From: Candidatus Auribacterota bacterium
Lineage (GTDB): Bacteria > Auribacterota > JAFGBW01 > JAFGJP01
Direction of reading: 5' to 3'
Assembly (NCBI GenBank): GCA_023144635.1
Contig: JAGLFH010000001.1
Coordinates: forward strand, 10,324 to 74,323
Length of the DNA stretch: 64,000 nucleotides
The position numbers and the translations under genes were made by a program. The notes under the pieces are model-generated. The model searched no databases. It saw nothing but the letters and a program-made list of their open reading frames with translations, and had not been told where the DNA came from. Position 1 is the stretch's first letter. The number at the start of each line of letters is the position of its first letter. Shown in pieces: positions 39,521 to 49,802 of the stretch.

Positions 39521-40730
39521 CATCTTCAATAATACCACTTATAACATAGCTAAGTTTTTCGCTATCATGTCTTACTACAGATTGTATGTTTATTACGTCA
39601 GCTGGTATAAGCTTTACTCCTTCAGATAAAATTGCATCTTCATCTATTGCAACAGGATAAGCATTTTCAAGCTGATATTTCTTAAGGGTTTCTGCATCAA
39701 TATAACTTTTTTGAACAATAACATGATCAAAAATCTTTGCTCCGCAATGCTTTACAATGGCCCTTATGTGATCACAAGCAGAATAATGATCTGTTTCTCC
39801 TTCTTGCGTCATAATATTACATATATATATCTTCCTAGAAGAACTATTTATAATAGCATCTTTAATTCCTTTAATCAATAAATTTGGCATTATGCTTGTG
39901 TATAGGCTTCCAGGCCCAATAACTATTGCATCGCAATGCTTTATGGCTTCAACAGCTTCTGTCGCAGCTTGTGCATTTTCAGGGGTTATTTGAATTTTTG
40001 AAATTTTGTTGATGCTTTTTGTTATTTTTTGTTCTCCTTCGGTATAGCTTCCATCGATATTTTGTGCAATAAGCTTTATTTTTGCAAGAGATGCTGGAAC
40101 TACTTTTCCTTTGATAGCAAGGATTTTACTTGTTTCTTGTATGGCAGTCTCAAAATTACCAAGGATATTTCTAAGAGCAAGTATAACAAGGTTTCCTACA
40201 GTATGTCCTGATAAAGGCTTTTGCTCGGGAAATCGATATTGGAATAGTTTTCTCATCAAAGGTTCTGAATCTGCTAATGCGACCAAACAATTACGTATGT
40301 CACCAGGTGGGAGGACATCATATGATTCTCTTAATATACCACTGCTTCCTCCATCATCAGATACAGTAACAACAGCTGTCAAATTATGGGTTATTTTTTT
40401 TAAACCTTGCAGAAGTGTTGAAAGCCCTGTTCCTCCTCCTATTGCTACTATCCGGGGACCTTTTGAAAGGCGATGTTCAGTGTAAACAATATCTGCAAAA
40501 TCTTTTTTATCATCTATTTTATGCAGTTTTATAAATCTTTTATATAAATACTGAAGACTTAAAAGATATAAAAGTAAAGCCGGAAAAATAAAAAATAATG
40601 TGTAAATATTGTTATTAAAGTTCGTTATTGCCAGATGTACGGATAGAGTCAGAAGTACAAGCGAAATGAAGTGAAAGATGAACCATCTTTTAATGCTAAT
40701 TCCAGGGACGAGCCACTTGAAAAGATTCAT
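39471..40730 (-). CDS. yvcK: YvcK/GlmR-family (CofD-like) UDP-GlcNAc-binding protein with N-terminal TM helices
   Basis: IGGGTGLS, DDGGSSG, PPGDIRNC, GH..GNL, GPGSLYTS, TQEGET and RHD. Confidence 0.92.
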   Translation of the reverse strand: MNLFKWLVPGISIKRWFIFHFISLVLLTLSVHLAITNFNNNIYTLFFIFPALLLYLLSLQYLYKRFIKLHKIDDKKDFADIVYTEHRLSKGPRIVAIGGGTGLSTLLQGLKKITHNLTAVVTVSDDGGSSGILRESYDVLPPGDIRNCLVALADSEPLMRKLFQYRFPEQKPLSGHTVGNLVILALRNILGNFETAIQETSKILAIKGKVVPASLAKIKLIAQNIDGSYTEGEQKITKSINKISKIQITPENAQAATEAVEAIKHCDAIVIGPGSLYTSIMPNLLIKGIKDAIINSSSRKIYICNIMTQEGETDHYSACDHIRAIVKHCGAKIFDHVIVQKSYIDAETLKKYQLENAYPVAIDEDAILSEGVKLIPADVINIQSVVRHDSEKLSYVISGIIEDDDRRFYTNNKKVHDTE

Positions 40731-40741
40731 AAGTGATCCCC

Positions 40742-41716
40742 TTATGTTTTTTTCATAGAACGGATGAGTTCTTTATTCAGCTCTTTGACAGGGTTTATAC
40801 CCATTCTTTTTAATCGCTGATTAAGGCAGGCTGCTTCGATTATCAGGCTAATTTCACGACCCGGCCGTATAGGTATTGTAAGATGAGGAAGGTTTATACC
40901 AAGTATTTGTAGATTTTTATCATCCATACCTAATCTATCGTAACTCTTGTCTTTTTCCCATCTTTCTATTGTTATTGCGACATCGATCCGTTTTTCTCTT
41001 CTGATACATCCTGCACCAAAAAGAGTCTGTATGTTTATAATACCAAGCCCTCGTATCTCCATGAAATGTCTTGTAAGTTCAGGACCTGTTCCTACTATCT
41101 GTATTCCATCTTCAAGGCGGATTTTAACAATATCATCAGATACAAGCCGGTGTCCTCTGTTAATAAGAGATAATGCACATTCTGATTTACCTATACCGCT
41201 TTTACCTATAATAAGCACTCCAAGGCCGGAAACTTCCATAAGCGTTGCATGCATTGTTGTTGACGGGGCAAAGGCATTATCAAGGAAAAGAGTGGCTTTA
41301 TTTACAAAATGCATTGTTATAAGCGGGGAGCGCAGAATAACCGTATTATGTTTATTTCCATATTCAATTAGTTCTTCAGGGGGTGTGTACTTTCTGGAAA
41401 TAATTATACAAGGGATTTTTTGCTTAAAAAGATTTTCTATTTTTTCACGACGCTCTTTTGGAGGAAGATTACGAAGATAAAATATCTCTACTTTTCCTAA
41501 TATCTGAATACGTCGTTTTGCAAAATAATCAAAATATCCGGTAAGAGCAAGACCTGGCCTGTTTACCTCGGCAACACAGATCATTTTTTTTAACCCCTTT
41601 ATTCCGGCTACGATCTTTAACTGCAGAATATCTTTCATGTTGGTGTAGAATTCTTCTACGGTCAGATGTTTGCGTTTTTTTGTAAACTGTATTTTATTTT
41701 GCATTTTAATATTCAT
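40742..41716 (-). CDS. hprK: HPr kinase/phosphorylase
   Basis: NRPGLALTG, RIQILG, GKSGIGKSECAL, HRLVSDD, MEIRGLGII and YDRLG. Confidence 0.97.
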   Translation of the reverse strand: MNIKMQNKIQFTKKRKHLTVEEFYTNMKDILQLKIVAGIKGLKKMICVAEVNRPGLALTGYFDYFAKRRIQILGKVEIFYLRNLPPKERREKIENLFKQKIPCIIISRKYTPPEELIEYGNKHNTVILRSPLITMHFVNKATLFLDNAFAPSTTMHATLMEVSGLGVLIIGKSGIGKSECALSLINRGHRLVSDDIVKIRLEDGIQIVGTGPELTRHFMEIRGLGIINIQTLFGAGCIRREKRIDVAITIERWEKDKSYDRLGMDDKNLQILGINLPHLTIPIRPGREISLIIEAACLNQRLKRMGINPVKELNKELIRSMKKT

Positions 41717-41744
41717 ATTTTGACCAAATGTGTATTAACCTGGG

Positions 41745-42287
41745 CTAAAGGGTTTCTATAACACCTATTTCATTAGAATTTATTTTATGGATCACATTTA
41801 TTTTATTTGTTTCTGCATTTATGAACACAAAAAATAAATTGTGAGAGTCCTGCAGTTTAATTATCGCATCTTCAAGAAAAAGAGGTTTGCCATCAAGTTT
41901 TTCTGAACGAAGTATAACGGTTTTTTCTTCATCGATACCTTTTTCTTCAGATTCTGGAATAACATGCAGAATAGTCTCAACTTCTTTTGTTGATTTTTTG
42001 TGATGATCCTGAAGTTTTTCTTTTATTGACCGTAGTTTTTTTTCCAGTCTGGCAATTAACAGGTCAATGGAAGAATATATATCACCTGTTTCTTCTTTTG
42101 CATGTATTGTAAAGTGTTTACCTTTTAAAGTAGCTTCAACCTTTTGCCTGTATTTTTCAACATCCATAGTAATATGGAGATCAATGATCTTTGGTTTAAA
42201 TTTATCTAACTTTTGTATTTTTTCTCTTGCGTATTCGCGCATGGATTCTGTTATATCTACATGTCTTCCTGTTACAGTTATATTCAC
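41745..42287 (-). CDS. hpf: Ribosome hibernation promoting factor (long HPF/RaiA)
   Basis: ITVTGRHVDIT...YA.EK, D.YSSID and C-terminal FFVFIN.ET..INV domain. Confidence 0.9.
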   Translation of the reverse strand: MNITVTGRHVDITESMREYAREKIQKLDKFKPKIIDLHITMDVEKYRQKVEATLKGKHFTIHAKEETGDIYSSIDLLIARLEKKLRSIKEKLQDHHKKSTKEVETILHVIPESEEKGIDEEKTVILRSEKLDGKPLFLEDAIIKLQDSHNLFFVFINAETNKINVIHKINSNEIGVIETL

Positions 42288-42431
42288 AAGCGTGCTCCTT
42301 TCTTGGCGGGTGGTGCAAAGTTTATAAAAATAGAAATGTTATTAGAAGAAAGTTTGACCATAATTATAATTAAATTATAACACATTATTTAAATCATTTT
42401 AAAACAATATTTGTTAAATAATTTTTTTAAA

Positions 42432-43163
42432 TCACATTGAAAATTTTTCACCAAGATAAATCTTTTTTGCTTCATCATCATTTGCAAGAAAATCAGACGT
42501 TCCGGACTTTAATATGCGTCCTTCATATATTAAATATGAGCGGTCTGTAGTAGACAGTATTTCGCGTACATTATGATCTGTTAAAAGGATTCCTATCTTT
42601 TTTTTCTTCAACTTTTGGATTATGCTTTGAACTTCAGCAACAGCAATAGGATCAACACCAGAGAAGGGCTCATCAAACAAAATTATGCTAGGTGATGTTA
42701 CTAAAGAACGCGCGATCTCAAGGCGTCTTCTTTCTCCTCCTGAGAGCATCCATGCCTGCTTTTTTGCGAGTTTTGTAATATGAAGGTCTTCAAGAAGCAT
42801 ATCCTTTTTTTTGTTTCTTTGTTTCATCGTCAAGTTTTGCAGTTCAAGTATTGCCATTAAATTGTCTTCTACCGTAAGCTTCTGGAATACAGATGGTTGC
42901 TGCGGTAGATAGCCAAGTCCCAGAATGGCTCTTTTATGCATTGAAAGGTTGGTTATATTTCTTTTACCGAGGTAAATATTTCCCTTATCCGGTCGTACAA
43001 ATCCTGTTGTCATATAGAACGTTGTTGTTTTTCCTGCACCGTTAGGTCCCAGAAGACCGACAACTTCTCCTCGATAGACCTCAATATTGACATTATTTAC
43101 TACCCGTTTATGAGAATAGGCTTTAACAAGATTCTTTGTTCTAAGGATTGGTGTTGCTTTCAT
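42432..43163 (-). CDS. lptB: LPS export ABC transporter ATPase
   Basis: GLLGPNGAGKTTTFYM, LSGGERRRLEIAR, DEPFSGVDP, TDHNVRE and YLGEKF. Confidence 0.97.
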   Translation of the reverse strand: MKATPILRTKNLVKAYSHKRVVNNVNIEVYRGEVVGLLGPNGAGKTTTFYMTTGFVRPDKGNIYLGKRNITNLSMHKRAILGLGYLPQQPSVFQKLTVEDNLMAILELQNLTMKQRNKKKDMLLEDLHITKLAKKQAWMLSGGERRRLEIARSLVTSPSIILFDEPFSGVDPIAVAEVQSIIQKLKKKKIGILLTDHNVREILSTTDRSYLIYEGRILKSGTSDFLANDDEAKKIYLGEKFSM

Positions 43164-43690
43164 TCTTTAATTTTGGCTGTATCTTTTATAAGTATCTTAG
43201 CACTTGGTTCAAATAAAACTTTGTTTTGACGAATAAGAATAGTTATTTCCTCTGCTGTGTACATGTTTCCTTTTTCAGTTATCTTTGGATTGCCTATTAG
43301 TCGAAGCATTTCTGATTGAACAATATAAACAGCGCTATCACTATATGCAGTGCGGTTGGTCTGCTTTATGACCACATCTCCTGCAGCGATCATTTTGCTT
43401 ACATTAAGGCCGTCCTTACTGAAAATAACTTTTAAATAATTTGATCTAATGGTCCCATTTTTATCTTGAACAAGAACATTATTATAAAATTCAGCTATCT
43501 TGTTTTTATAATCTATAACAAGTCTTCCGTCAGAAGTAATACGTGTGATGTCAATATCACTAAGTGAAACTGTACTTTCTGAAGAAAGTACAACAGGTAC
43601 ATAAGTCAGAAAAACTAAAAGAACAAAAAAGAACTTATAGATCTTAGTCTTCCAGGTGTTTTTTTTGTATGTTTTTTGCAACATCAACAA
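43160..43690 (-). CDS. lptA: LptA/OstA-like LPS transport protein
   Basis: Beta-jellyroll-type pattern (A.GDV.I, AVY, L.GNP) and position upstream of lptB; start uncertain. Confidence 0.75.
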   Translation of the reverse strand: MLMLQKTYKKNTWKTKIYKFFFVLLVFLTYVPVVLSSESTVSLSDIDITRITSDGRLVIDYKNKIAEFYNNVLVQDKNGTIRSNYLKVIFSKDGLNVSKMIAAGDVVIKQTNRTAYSDSAVYIVQSEMLRLIGNPKITEKGNMYTAEEITILIRQNKVLFEPSAKILIKDTAKIKE

Positions 43691-44096
43691 TAACCTCTTT
43701 ATTGATAATTATTTTTTTTTCAGCAAAAGACCATTCCATTCCTATTCCGTTCACTTCTATCCCTAAAGATCTTAAAACAACAGGAAGGTCTGAGATGATT
43801 TTTGATTTGCTCTTAATAAATATGCATTTAGGCGTTTGAATAAGAATAGGATGCTTGCTTATATCAGTTATTTGTGCACTTGAATCTGTAATTTCAATTT
43901 CGTCTGGAGAAATAAAATTAGCATTATAACCTTTTATTACACCTTTTGGCTGACCATCATCATCTGTAAGATAGAACCTAAATCCTTCTATTTTTGCATC
44001 AACATTGTCTGCTGCAAAAGATAAATGCAGTATAAATACTGTACTTATTGAAAAAATCACCAGAAATATTATAATTTTTAAATCTTTTCTTTTCAT
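43644..44096 (-). CDS. lptC: LptC-like protein
   Basis: N-terminal TM, SDLPV...G.GM.W pattern and synteny between kdsD and lptA. Confidence 0.6.
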   Translation of the reverse strand: MKRKDLKIIIFLVIFSISTVFILHLSFAADNVDAKIEGFRFYLTDDDGQPKGVIKGYNANFISPDEIEITDSSAQITDISKHPILIQTPKCIFIKSKSKIISDLPVVLRSLGIEVNGIGMEWSFAEKKIIINKEVIVDVAKNIQKKHLED

Positions 44097-44140
44097 TTTT
44101 ATAACTTTAAAAGTTTTTATCTTCTACTAGAAATATATTT

Positions 44141-45103
44141 TTAATATGTAATACCTTTTAACAAGAGATCTTTTTCGTCAATGACTCCGACAGGTTCATT
44201 TTTTTTATTTACAACAGGAATTTCATCAATTTGCTTTTGCTTAATAAGTTTCAAAGCTTCAGAGGCAAGTGTGTCGTTAACAATAGAAAAAGGATTTTTT
44301 GTCATAACTTGATGAACTTTTTTATCAAGTATGTCTTTATCTTTTTCAATAGACCTTCTTAGATCACCATCCGTAAAAATACCAATAAGTTTACCTTTTT
44401 TATTTATAACACAAGCTGCTCCTGCTTTTGCGCTCGTGATTTTAACAAGAACTTCTTTAACAGGTGTATTTTCAGCCACAACAGCAACAGATCTTTCTTT
44501 TCTCATAAGATCTTCAACTTTAAGTAACAGTTTTTTACCCAGCGATCCTCCGGGATGATAAAATGCAAAATCAATAAGCTTTATATTATTCTTCTTAATA
44601 AGTGCTACAGCAACTGCGTCTCCCATTGCGAGGGCTGCCGTTGTACTGGAAGTAGGCACAACACCTAAGGAACAAGCTTCCTTTTTAACTGAAACATCAA
44701 GAACTGCATCAGAGTAACGTGCCAGAGTTGAACTTATATTACCTGTTATTGTAATTAATTTTACCCCTATCTTTTTTATAAGATGCAGCATAGTTATTAT
44801 CTCATCGGTTTCTCCAGAATTTGATATAGCTAAAATAACATCTTTTTTAGTAACTCTTCCCAAATCTCCATGCATTGCTTCAGCCGGATTTAAATAAAGT
44901 GATGGTATGCCGATACTTGCAATAGTAGCTGATATCTTTTGAGCAATGATACCTGTTTTACCCATTCCTGTGAGAATAGTGCGTCCTTTGCAGCTAGATA
45001 TAAGATTAACTGTTTTATCAAAACTTGGACTGATCTTACCAGCCAGGTCCCTTATGGCATCAGCTTCGATTTTAAAGACATTTTTGGCGATTTTTTCATA
45101 CAT
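44141..45103 (-). CDS. kdsD: Arabinose-5-phosphate isomerase (KpsF/GutQ family)
   Basis: GMGK.G, EAMHGDLG, SNSGET, PTSSTT, HPGGSLG and a CBS pair with GIFTDGDLRR. Confidence 0.95.
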   Translation of the reverse strand: MYEKIAKNVFKIEADAIRDLAGKISPSFDKTVNLISSCKGRTILTGMGKTGIIAQKISATIASIGIPSLYLNPAEAMHGDLGRVTKKDVILAISNSGETDEIITMLHLIKKIGVKLITITGNISSTLARYSDAVLDVSVKKEACSLGVVPTSSTTAALAMGDAVAVALIKKNNIKLIDFAFYHPGGSLGKKLLLKVEDLMRKERSVAVVAENTPVKEVLVKITSAKAGAACVINKKGKLIGIFTDGDLRRSIEKDKDILDKKVHQVMTKNPFSIVNDTLASEALKLIKQKQIDEIPVVNKKNEPVGVIDEKDLLLKGITY

Positions 45104-45290
45104 ATGAAATATCCTTCATTTTTTGCAAAAATCAAAAATTAATTACTAAATACCTAAATAAAAACTAGAATCTAGCTATTATCTGCGATTACAAGGGTAT
45201 TCAAAAAGGATTTTATTTGCAATAAAAAACAATTTTACACTATTATTTTATCATACATAAGCATTTGTTAAATCATAAAGGAGAAAAGAA

Positions 45291-46151
45291 ATGGGAAAAA
45301 TAGGGATTATAGGCGGAACAGGATTATATAAGATGTTAAACATTAAAAATTCTCAGGAGATAGAAATAAAGACTCCCTTTGGTAAGCCGAGTGATGTTGT
45401 TTTTGTTGGAAATTGTGGAGATAAGGAAATAGTTTTTCTTCCAAGACACGGTAAGGATCACACGATACTTCCAACGGAAATAAATTATAGGGCAAACATT
45501 TGTGCTTTAAAATTATCAGGTGTAACTAAAATAATATCCATAAGTGCTGTCGGAAGCCTTAAGGAAGAGATCAGTCCCGGACAAATGGTTGTTGTCGATC
45601 AGTTCTTTGACAGAACGAATAGAAGGAAAGATAATACTTTTTTTGGTGACGGGCTTGTAGCTCATGTTCAGTTTGGAGATCCTGTCTGTCATGGCCTTCG
45701 TAATAAGATCATAATGGCCGGAGAAAAGCACACAGATGTTTTTTACAGAACAGGAACTTATGTAAATATGGAAGGACCTGCTTTTTCAACTAAGGCAGAG
45801 TCTCTTTTTTATAAATCATTAGGATTTGATGTAATAGGGATGACAAATCTTGTTGAGGCAAAGTTAAGTCGTGAGGCGGAAATGTGTTATGCGACAATAG
45901 CTCTTGTAACAGATTACGATTGCTGGCGTGTTGGAGAAGAAAGCGTAAATGTGGAGATGATAATAGAGACTATAAATAAAAATGTAGATTTTAGCAGGAA
46001 CCTTGTAAAAAGTATTATAGAAATACTTGATCCGGATGAAAAGTGCGCATGCAACACTAATCTTCAGTATGCTCTGGTAACTGCAATGGATAAGGTTCCT
46101 CAAGAGACAAAGAACAAATTATCATTTTTACTTGCCCCGTATTTAAAATAA
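45291..46151 (+). CDS. mtnP: S-methyl-5'-thioadenosine phosphorylase
   Basis: IGIIGGTG, TPFG.PS, RHG..H, NYRANI, EGPAFST.AES, GMT and TDYDCW. Confidence 0.95.
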   Translation: MGKIGIIGGTGLYKMLNIKNSQEIEIKTPFGKPSDVVFVGNCGDKEIVFLPRHGKDHTILPTEINYRANICALKLSGVTKIISISAVGSLKEEISPGQMVVVDQFFDRTNRRKDNTFFGDGLVAHVQFGDPVCHGLRNKIIMAGEKHTDVFYRTGTYVNMEGPAFSTKAESLFYKSLGFDVIGMTNLVEAKLSREAEMCYATIALVTDYDCWRVGEESVNVEMIIETINKNVDFSRNLVKSIIEILDPDEKCACNTNLQYALVTAMDKVPQETKNKLSFLLAPYLK

Positions 46152-46226
46152 AAAAGTGATAAAGATTAAACGTTTATCTGATAGAATATAAATTGTATAT
46201 ATTCTATTAAAAAAGATGTAAAAAAA

Positions 46227-47114
46227 ATGGAGATAATTATGAGCAAGATCACTTGTAAAAATCATCCTGAGAAGGAAGCTGTTAAAGTTTGTGTTTCCTG
46301 CCAGAGCAATCTTTGTGAAGAATGTATAAATATACAAAGCATTTCCAAGGACGTTACAATTGAAAGCTGTAAGGAATGCGGAGGCAGATGTAAGGATATT
46401 GAAGGAGAAGTAGAAGGAAAAAAAGAAGGAGTTTCTAAAATATCTTTTTTCTCATTACTTCCCTCAGCTTTTACATATCCATTTAATGGAAGCGGCAAAT
46501 TGCTGCTTGTAATAGGAGTAGTTTTTTTTGGTTTGATGGATCTTCTTGGAAGTCTTCCTTTTGGGTGGGTGTTTGGCATTTTTGGCTCAGGATATCTTAT
46601 TGCTTATATGTTTAAAATAGTTAACTCTTCTGCAATAGGAAAAAATGAGATGCCTGACTGGCCTGATGTGTCAGATTTTGGCAGTGATATAATAGGCCCT
46701 TTATGGGCAATGTTTTTAACAACAGTTGTATCTTTTGGACCGGCAGTTATATGTCTTATTCTGATCTCCAAAAATCCTGTTTTTTTAATAGCTGCTATTG
46801 CTTTTGGAGTGCTTGGAATAATATATTATCCAATGGCGATCATAGCGACTGCACTTGATACTAATCTATTTGTGAGGCCTGATGTCATACTTGTTTCTAT
46901 TTTTAAAGTAATAGGGCCTTATATAGTTGCCTGTCTTTTGCTTGCCGCAATTATAGTAGGTAATAAACTTTTGGGAGCAGTACTTATTAAAATAAGTCCA
47001 ATTGTAGGTTTCATCACGGCTTATTCTTTGGCTTTTTATTTTATTATTGTTGAAATGAGGATCCTTGGACTTATCTATTATACTAATAGTGAGCGTCTTG
47101 GGTGGTTTGAGTAA
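46227..47114 (+). CDS. B-box-like zinc finger plus DUF4013-like membrane protein
   Basis: C.NHP...CVSC...LCEEC...C.ECGG.C, then AFTYP, MPDWP and multiple TM helices. Confidence 0.65.
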   Translation: MEIIMSKITCKNHPEKEAVKVCVSCQSNLCEECINIQSISKDVTIESCKECGGRCKDIEGEVEGKKEGVSKISFFSLLPSAFTYPFNGSGKLLLVIGVVFFGLMDLLGSLPFGWVFGIFGSGYLIAYMFKIVNSSAIGKNEMPDWPDVSDFGSDIIGPLWAMFLTTVVSFGPAVICLILISKNPVFLIAAIAFGVLGIIYYPMAIIATALDTNLFVRPDVILVSIFKVIGPYIVACLLLAAIIVGNKLLGAVLIKISPIVGFITAYSLAFYFIIVEMRILGLIYYTNSERLGWFE

Positions 47115-47556
47115 TACAGAGGACAGAAGCCAGAAAACACGAAAAGAATAATGGGACGCAGATTTACAAGATAAAAAAGGATCAGAGAAAAAAACAGAAG
47201 ACATTAAAATAAAAAAGAGAAATATAAAATGTATGTAGGGGCAGGTCTCTGTGCCTGCCCGTGTAAAATTAGAAAACACGAAAAGAATAAAGTAAAAAGT
47301 GAGTAGGGGCGGGGCTTGCCTCCGCCCGTTGTAAAAAGCAAGATATAAAAAGTAGTAGGGGCGAAAAATCTTTCGCCCGTGTAAAACGTAAAAAGCTGTC
47401 ATTGCGAGGAACTTTGTTCCGCGGCAAACCCCGTAAGATGTAGTAGGGGCGGATTCCAAATCCGCCCGTGTAAAAAAATAAAAAGAATTTTGTTTTCTGG
47501 GTTTTAATCTTTTGTTTTTGACAACTAACAGCCAAAAACCAACAGCTAACAACTAG
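47115..47556 (+). repeat. Intergenic array of GTAG-type REP-like hairpins and other tiles
   Basis: GTAGGGGC-stem-GCCCG(T/TT)GTAAAA at 47235, 47303, 47355 and 47443; GTCATTGCGAG tile; heptamer AAC(T/C)AAC run. Confidence 0.8.
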
Positions 47557-47564
47557 CGAAACTT

Positions 47565-49787
47565 ATGAACCTTAAAAAAAATAAAGATCCTTTAGAGATA
47601 AAAGAAAACGAATATTTTCAAGGAATTGTGCACCGCATAATTTTTTCAAATGAAGAAAATAGTTTTGGTGTTATTTCTGTAACTGATGAAAATAGCGGTA
47701 GTGAAGAGGTCGCAATTGGTACGCTTGCAATGTTGTCACCCGGTGAAACAGTTAAGTTTTACGGTAAATGGGTGAATAATATTAAATTTGGAAGACAGTT
47801 TAAATGCGATTATCATGAGATAGTATATCCAGGCACTGAAAAAGGTATAATAAATTTTTTGTCTTCAGGATTTATTTCTGGGATCGGTGATACTTATGCA
47901 AAAAGAATAGTCGAGAGATTTGGTATGGAGACCATAAACATTCTCTCAAAAGATCCTGAAAGGCTTGGTGAAGTACCGGGTATTGGCAAAAAACGATTAA
48001 GTGATATTAAAGAAAGCTGGGAAAAACATCGTTCTATAAGAGATGTAATGTTGTTTCTCCAAAGCTATGATATAAGCGCTGCTTATGCTGCCCGTATATA
48101 TCGGACCTATCATCATAATGCTGTTGAAAGGATCAAGGAAAATCCATATTGCCTTGCAATGGATGTAACTGGTATTGGCTTTATCATGGCAGATGCAATA
48201 GCTGCTAAGATGGGGTTTCCCAAGAACAGTCTTAAACGGGCTGAATCAGGTATCATATACCTTCTTACAAAAATAAAAGATCAGGGACATACTTTTTATC
48301 CTGTTGAAAAACTAAGCCGTAATGCTTCAAAAGATCTTAATATACCGATTGATTCTATTCCAAAGGCTCTTGAAAATCTTATCTCTGTAGACTGGATAAA
48401 AATTGTAGATGTTTCTACAGGAGAAAAGGGAGTATATCTTACAAATGTTTATGTTGCCGAAAGGACAATATCTCGTGATATTAAGCGTGTGAACAGTAAA
48501 GAAATTTTTTTAAAAGGTATTGATGTTGAAAAAACAATTAAAGAAATAGAGGGCTTGAACAAAATAGTTCTTTCCGAGGGTCAATACACGGCACTCTCTT
48601 CAGCATTAAAAGAAAAGATACTTATAATTACCGGAGGACCGGGTACTGGAAAAACAACAATAATAAAAAATATAGTACAGGCATTCCAGCGTTATGGCGG
48701 AAAAATATCTTTGGCTGCTCCTACGGGTAGAGCATCAAAAAGGCTTTCTCAAGCAGCCCTTATGGAAGCAAAGACGATTCATCGCCTGTTGGAATATAAT
48801 CCTCATACAAACTCATTTATGCGGCATATTGATAATGTGCTTGATTGTGATGTTTTGATTATCGATGAAGCTTCGATGATCGATATACTTCTTATGTATC
48901 ATCTTATGCAGTCGGTTGGTCCAAGGACGTCGGTTATATTTGTCGGTGATTCTGACCAGCTTCCTTCAGTGGGGCCGGGTAATGTATTAAAAGACATGAT
49001 CTCTTCAGCAAAGCTGCCGGTTGTGTCTCTTAAACATATTTTCAGACAAAAAAAAGGAAGCGAAATAACTCTTAATGCGCACAATATAAACCGTGGCCGT
49101 ATGATAATTAACAGCAAAGAAAAACCTGAAGACAGAAATTTCTTTTTTATAAAGAAAAATGATCCTCATGAGATACGTAAGACAATAGAAGAACTTGTGA
49201 CCACAAGAATTAAAAAAACATTTGGTTTTAATACATTGTCAGATATTCAGATCATTACACCGATGCATAAAGGTATTGTAGGGGTTGAGCAGCTTAATAA
49301 GACATTACAGAATATACTTAATCCTAATGAAGAAGGCATAGAAAGAAAGAACTTTATTTTTAAAGAAAAAGATAAAGTAATGCAGGTAGTAAATAATTAT
49401 GATAAGGAAGTATTTAACGGAGACATAGGTTTTATTGACCGCATAGAAAAGAATGAAGGGCTTGTTATTGTTGATTTTGACGGAAAGAAAGTAGTATATG
49501 AGATATTTGAGCTTGATGAATTGGTGCTTGCTTATGCAATAACTGTTCACAAATCTCAAGGCAGTGAATACTTATGTGTTATAATGCCTTTGACAAACCA
49601 GCATTTTATAATGCTGCAGAGAAATCTTCTTTATACTGCTGTTACGAGAGGAAAACAGCTTGTAATATTAGTAGGTGATGAAGATGCTCTGAAGTATGCT
49701 ATTGAAAATGATAAAATGATGAGGCGATTTACTGACCTTCGGGGAAAAATTATTGAATCGTTCGAATCTGTTGGTAAAAGTGATTAA
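47565..49787 (+). CDS. recD2: ATP-dependent RecD-like DNA helicase RecD2
   Basis: N-terminal HhH (GIG), ENPY.L, TGGPGTGKTT, APTGRA, DEASM, GD.DQLPSVG, AITVHKSQGSE and LLYTAVTR. Confidence 0.95.
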   Translation: MNLKKNKDPLEIKENEYFQGIVHRIIFSNEENSFGVISVTDENSGSEEVAIGTLAMLSPGETVKFYGKWVNNIKFGRQFKCDYHEIVYPGTEKGIINFLSSGFISGIGDTYAKRIVERFGMETINILSKDPERLGEVPGIGKKRLSDIKESWEKHRSIRDVMLFLQSYDISAAYAARIYRTYHHNAVERIKENPYCLAMDVTGIGFIMADAIAAKMGFPKNSLKRAESGIIYLLTKIKDQGHTFYPVEKLSRNASKDLNIPIDSIPKALENLISVDWIKIVDVSTGEKGVYLTNVYVAERTISRDIKRVNSKEIFLKGIDVEKTIKEIEGLNKIVLSEGQYTALSSALKEKILIITGGPGTGKTTIIKNIVQAFQRYGGKISLAAPTGRASKRLSQAALMEAKTIHRLLEYNPHTNSFMRHIDNVLDCDVLIIDEASMIDILLMYHLMQSVGPRTSVIFVGDSDQLPSVGPGNVLKDMISSAKLPVVSLKHIFRQKKGSEITLNAHNINRGRMIINSKEKPEDRNFFFIKKNDPHEIRKTIEELVTTRIKKTFGFNTLSDIQIITPMHKGIVGVEQLNKTLQNILNPNEEGIERKNFIFKEKDKVMQVVNNYDKEVFNGDIGFIDRIEKNEGLVIVDFDGKKVVYEIFELDELVLAYAITVHKSQGSEYLCVIMPLTNQHFIMLQRNLLYTAVTRGKQLVILVGDEDALKYAIENDKMMRRFTDLRGKIIESFESVGKSD

Positions 49788-49802
49788 AAAGGAATACATC
49801 TA

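Noticed and set aside
42300-42322. sigma54 promoter near hpf (TTGGCGGGTGGTGCA)
   Set aside because: GG-to-GC spacing is 8 nt rather than 10, and it faces away from hpf.
46866-47552. 228-aa minus-strand ORF and similar ORFs at 51036-51584, 2472-2999, 6101-6316, 24627-24944 and 54935-55185
   Set aside because: They are translations of repeat tiles or antisense overlaps of real genes, with no recognisable protein motifs.
47115-47556. CRISPR array
   Set aside because: Repeats differ in stem sequence, spacers are low-complexity A-rich with irregular length, and no cas genes are present. The same holds for 51300-52000 and 54985-55175.
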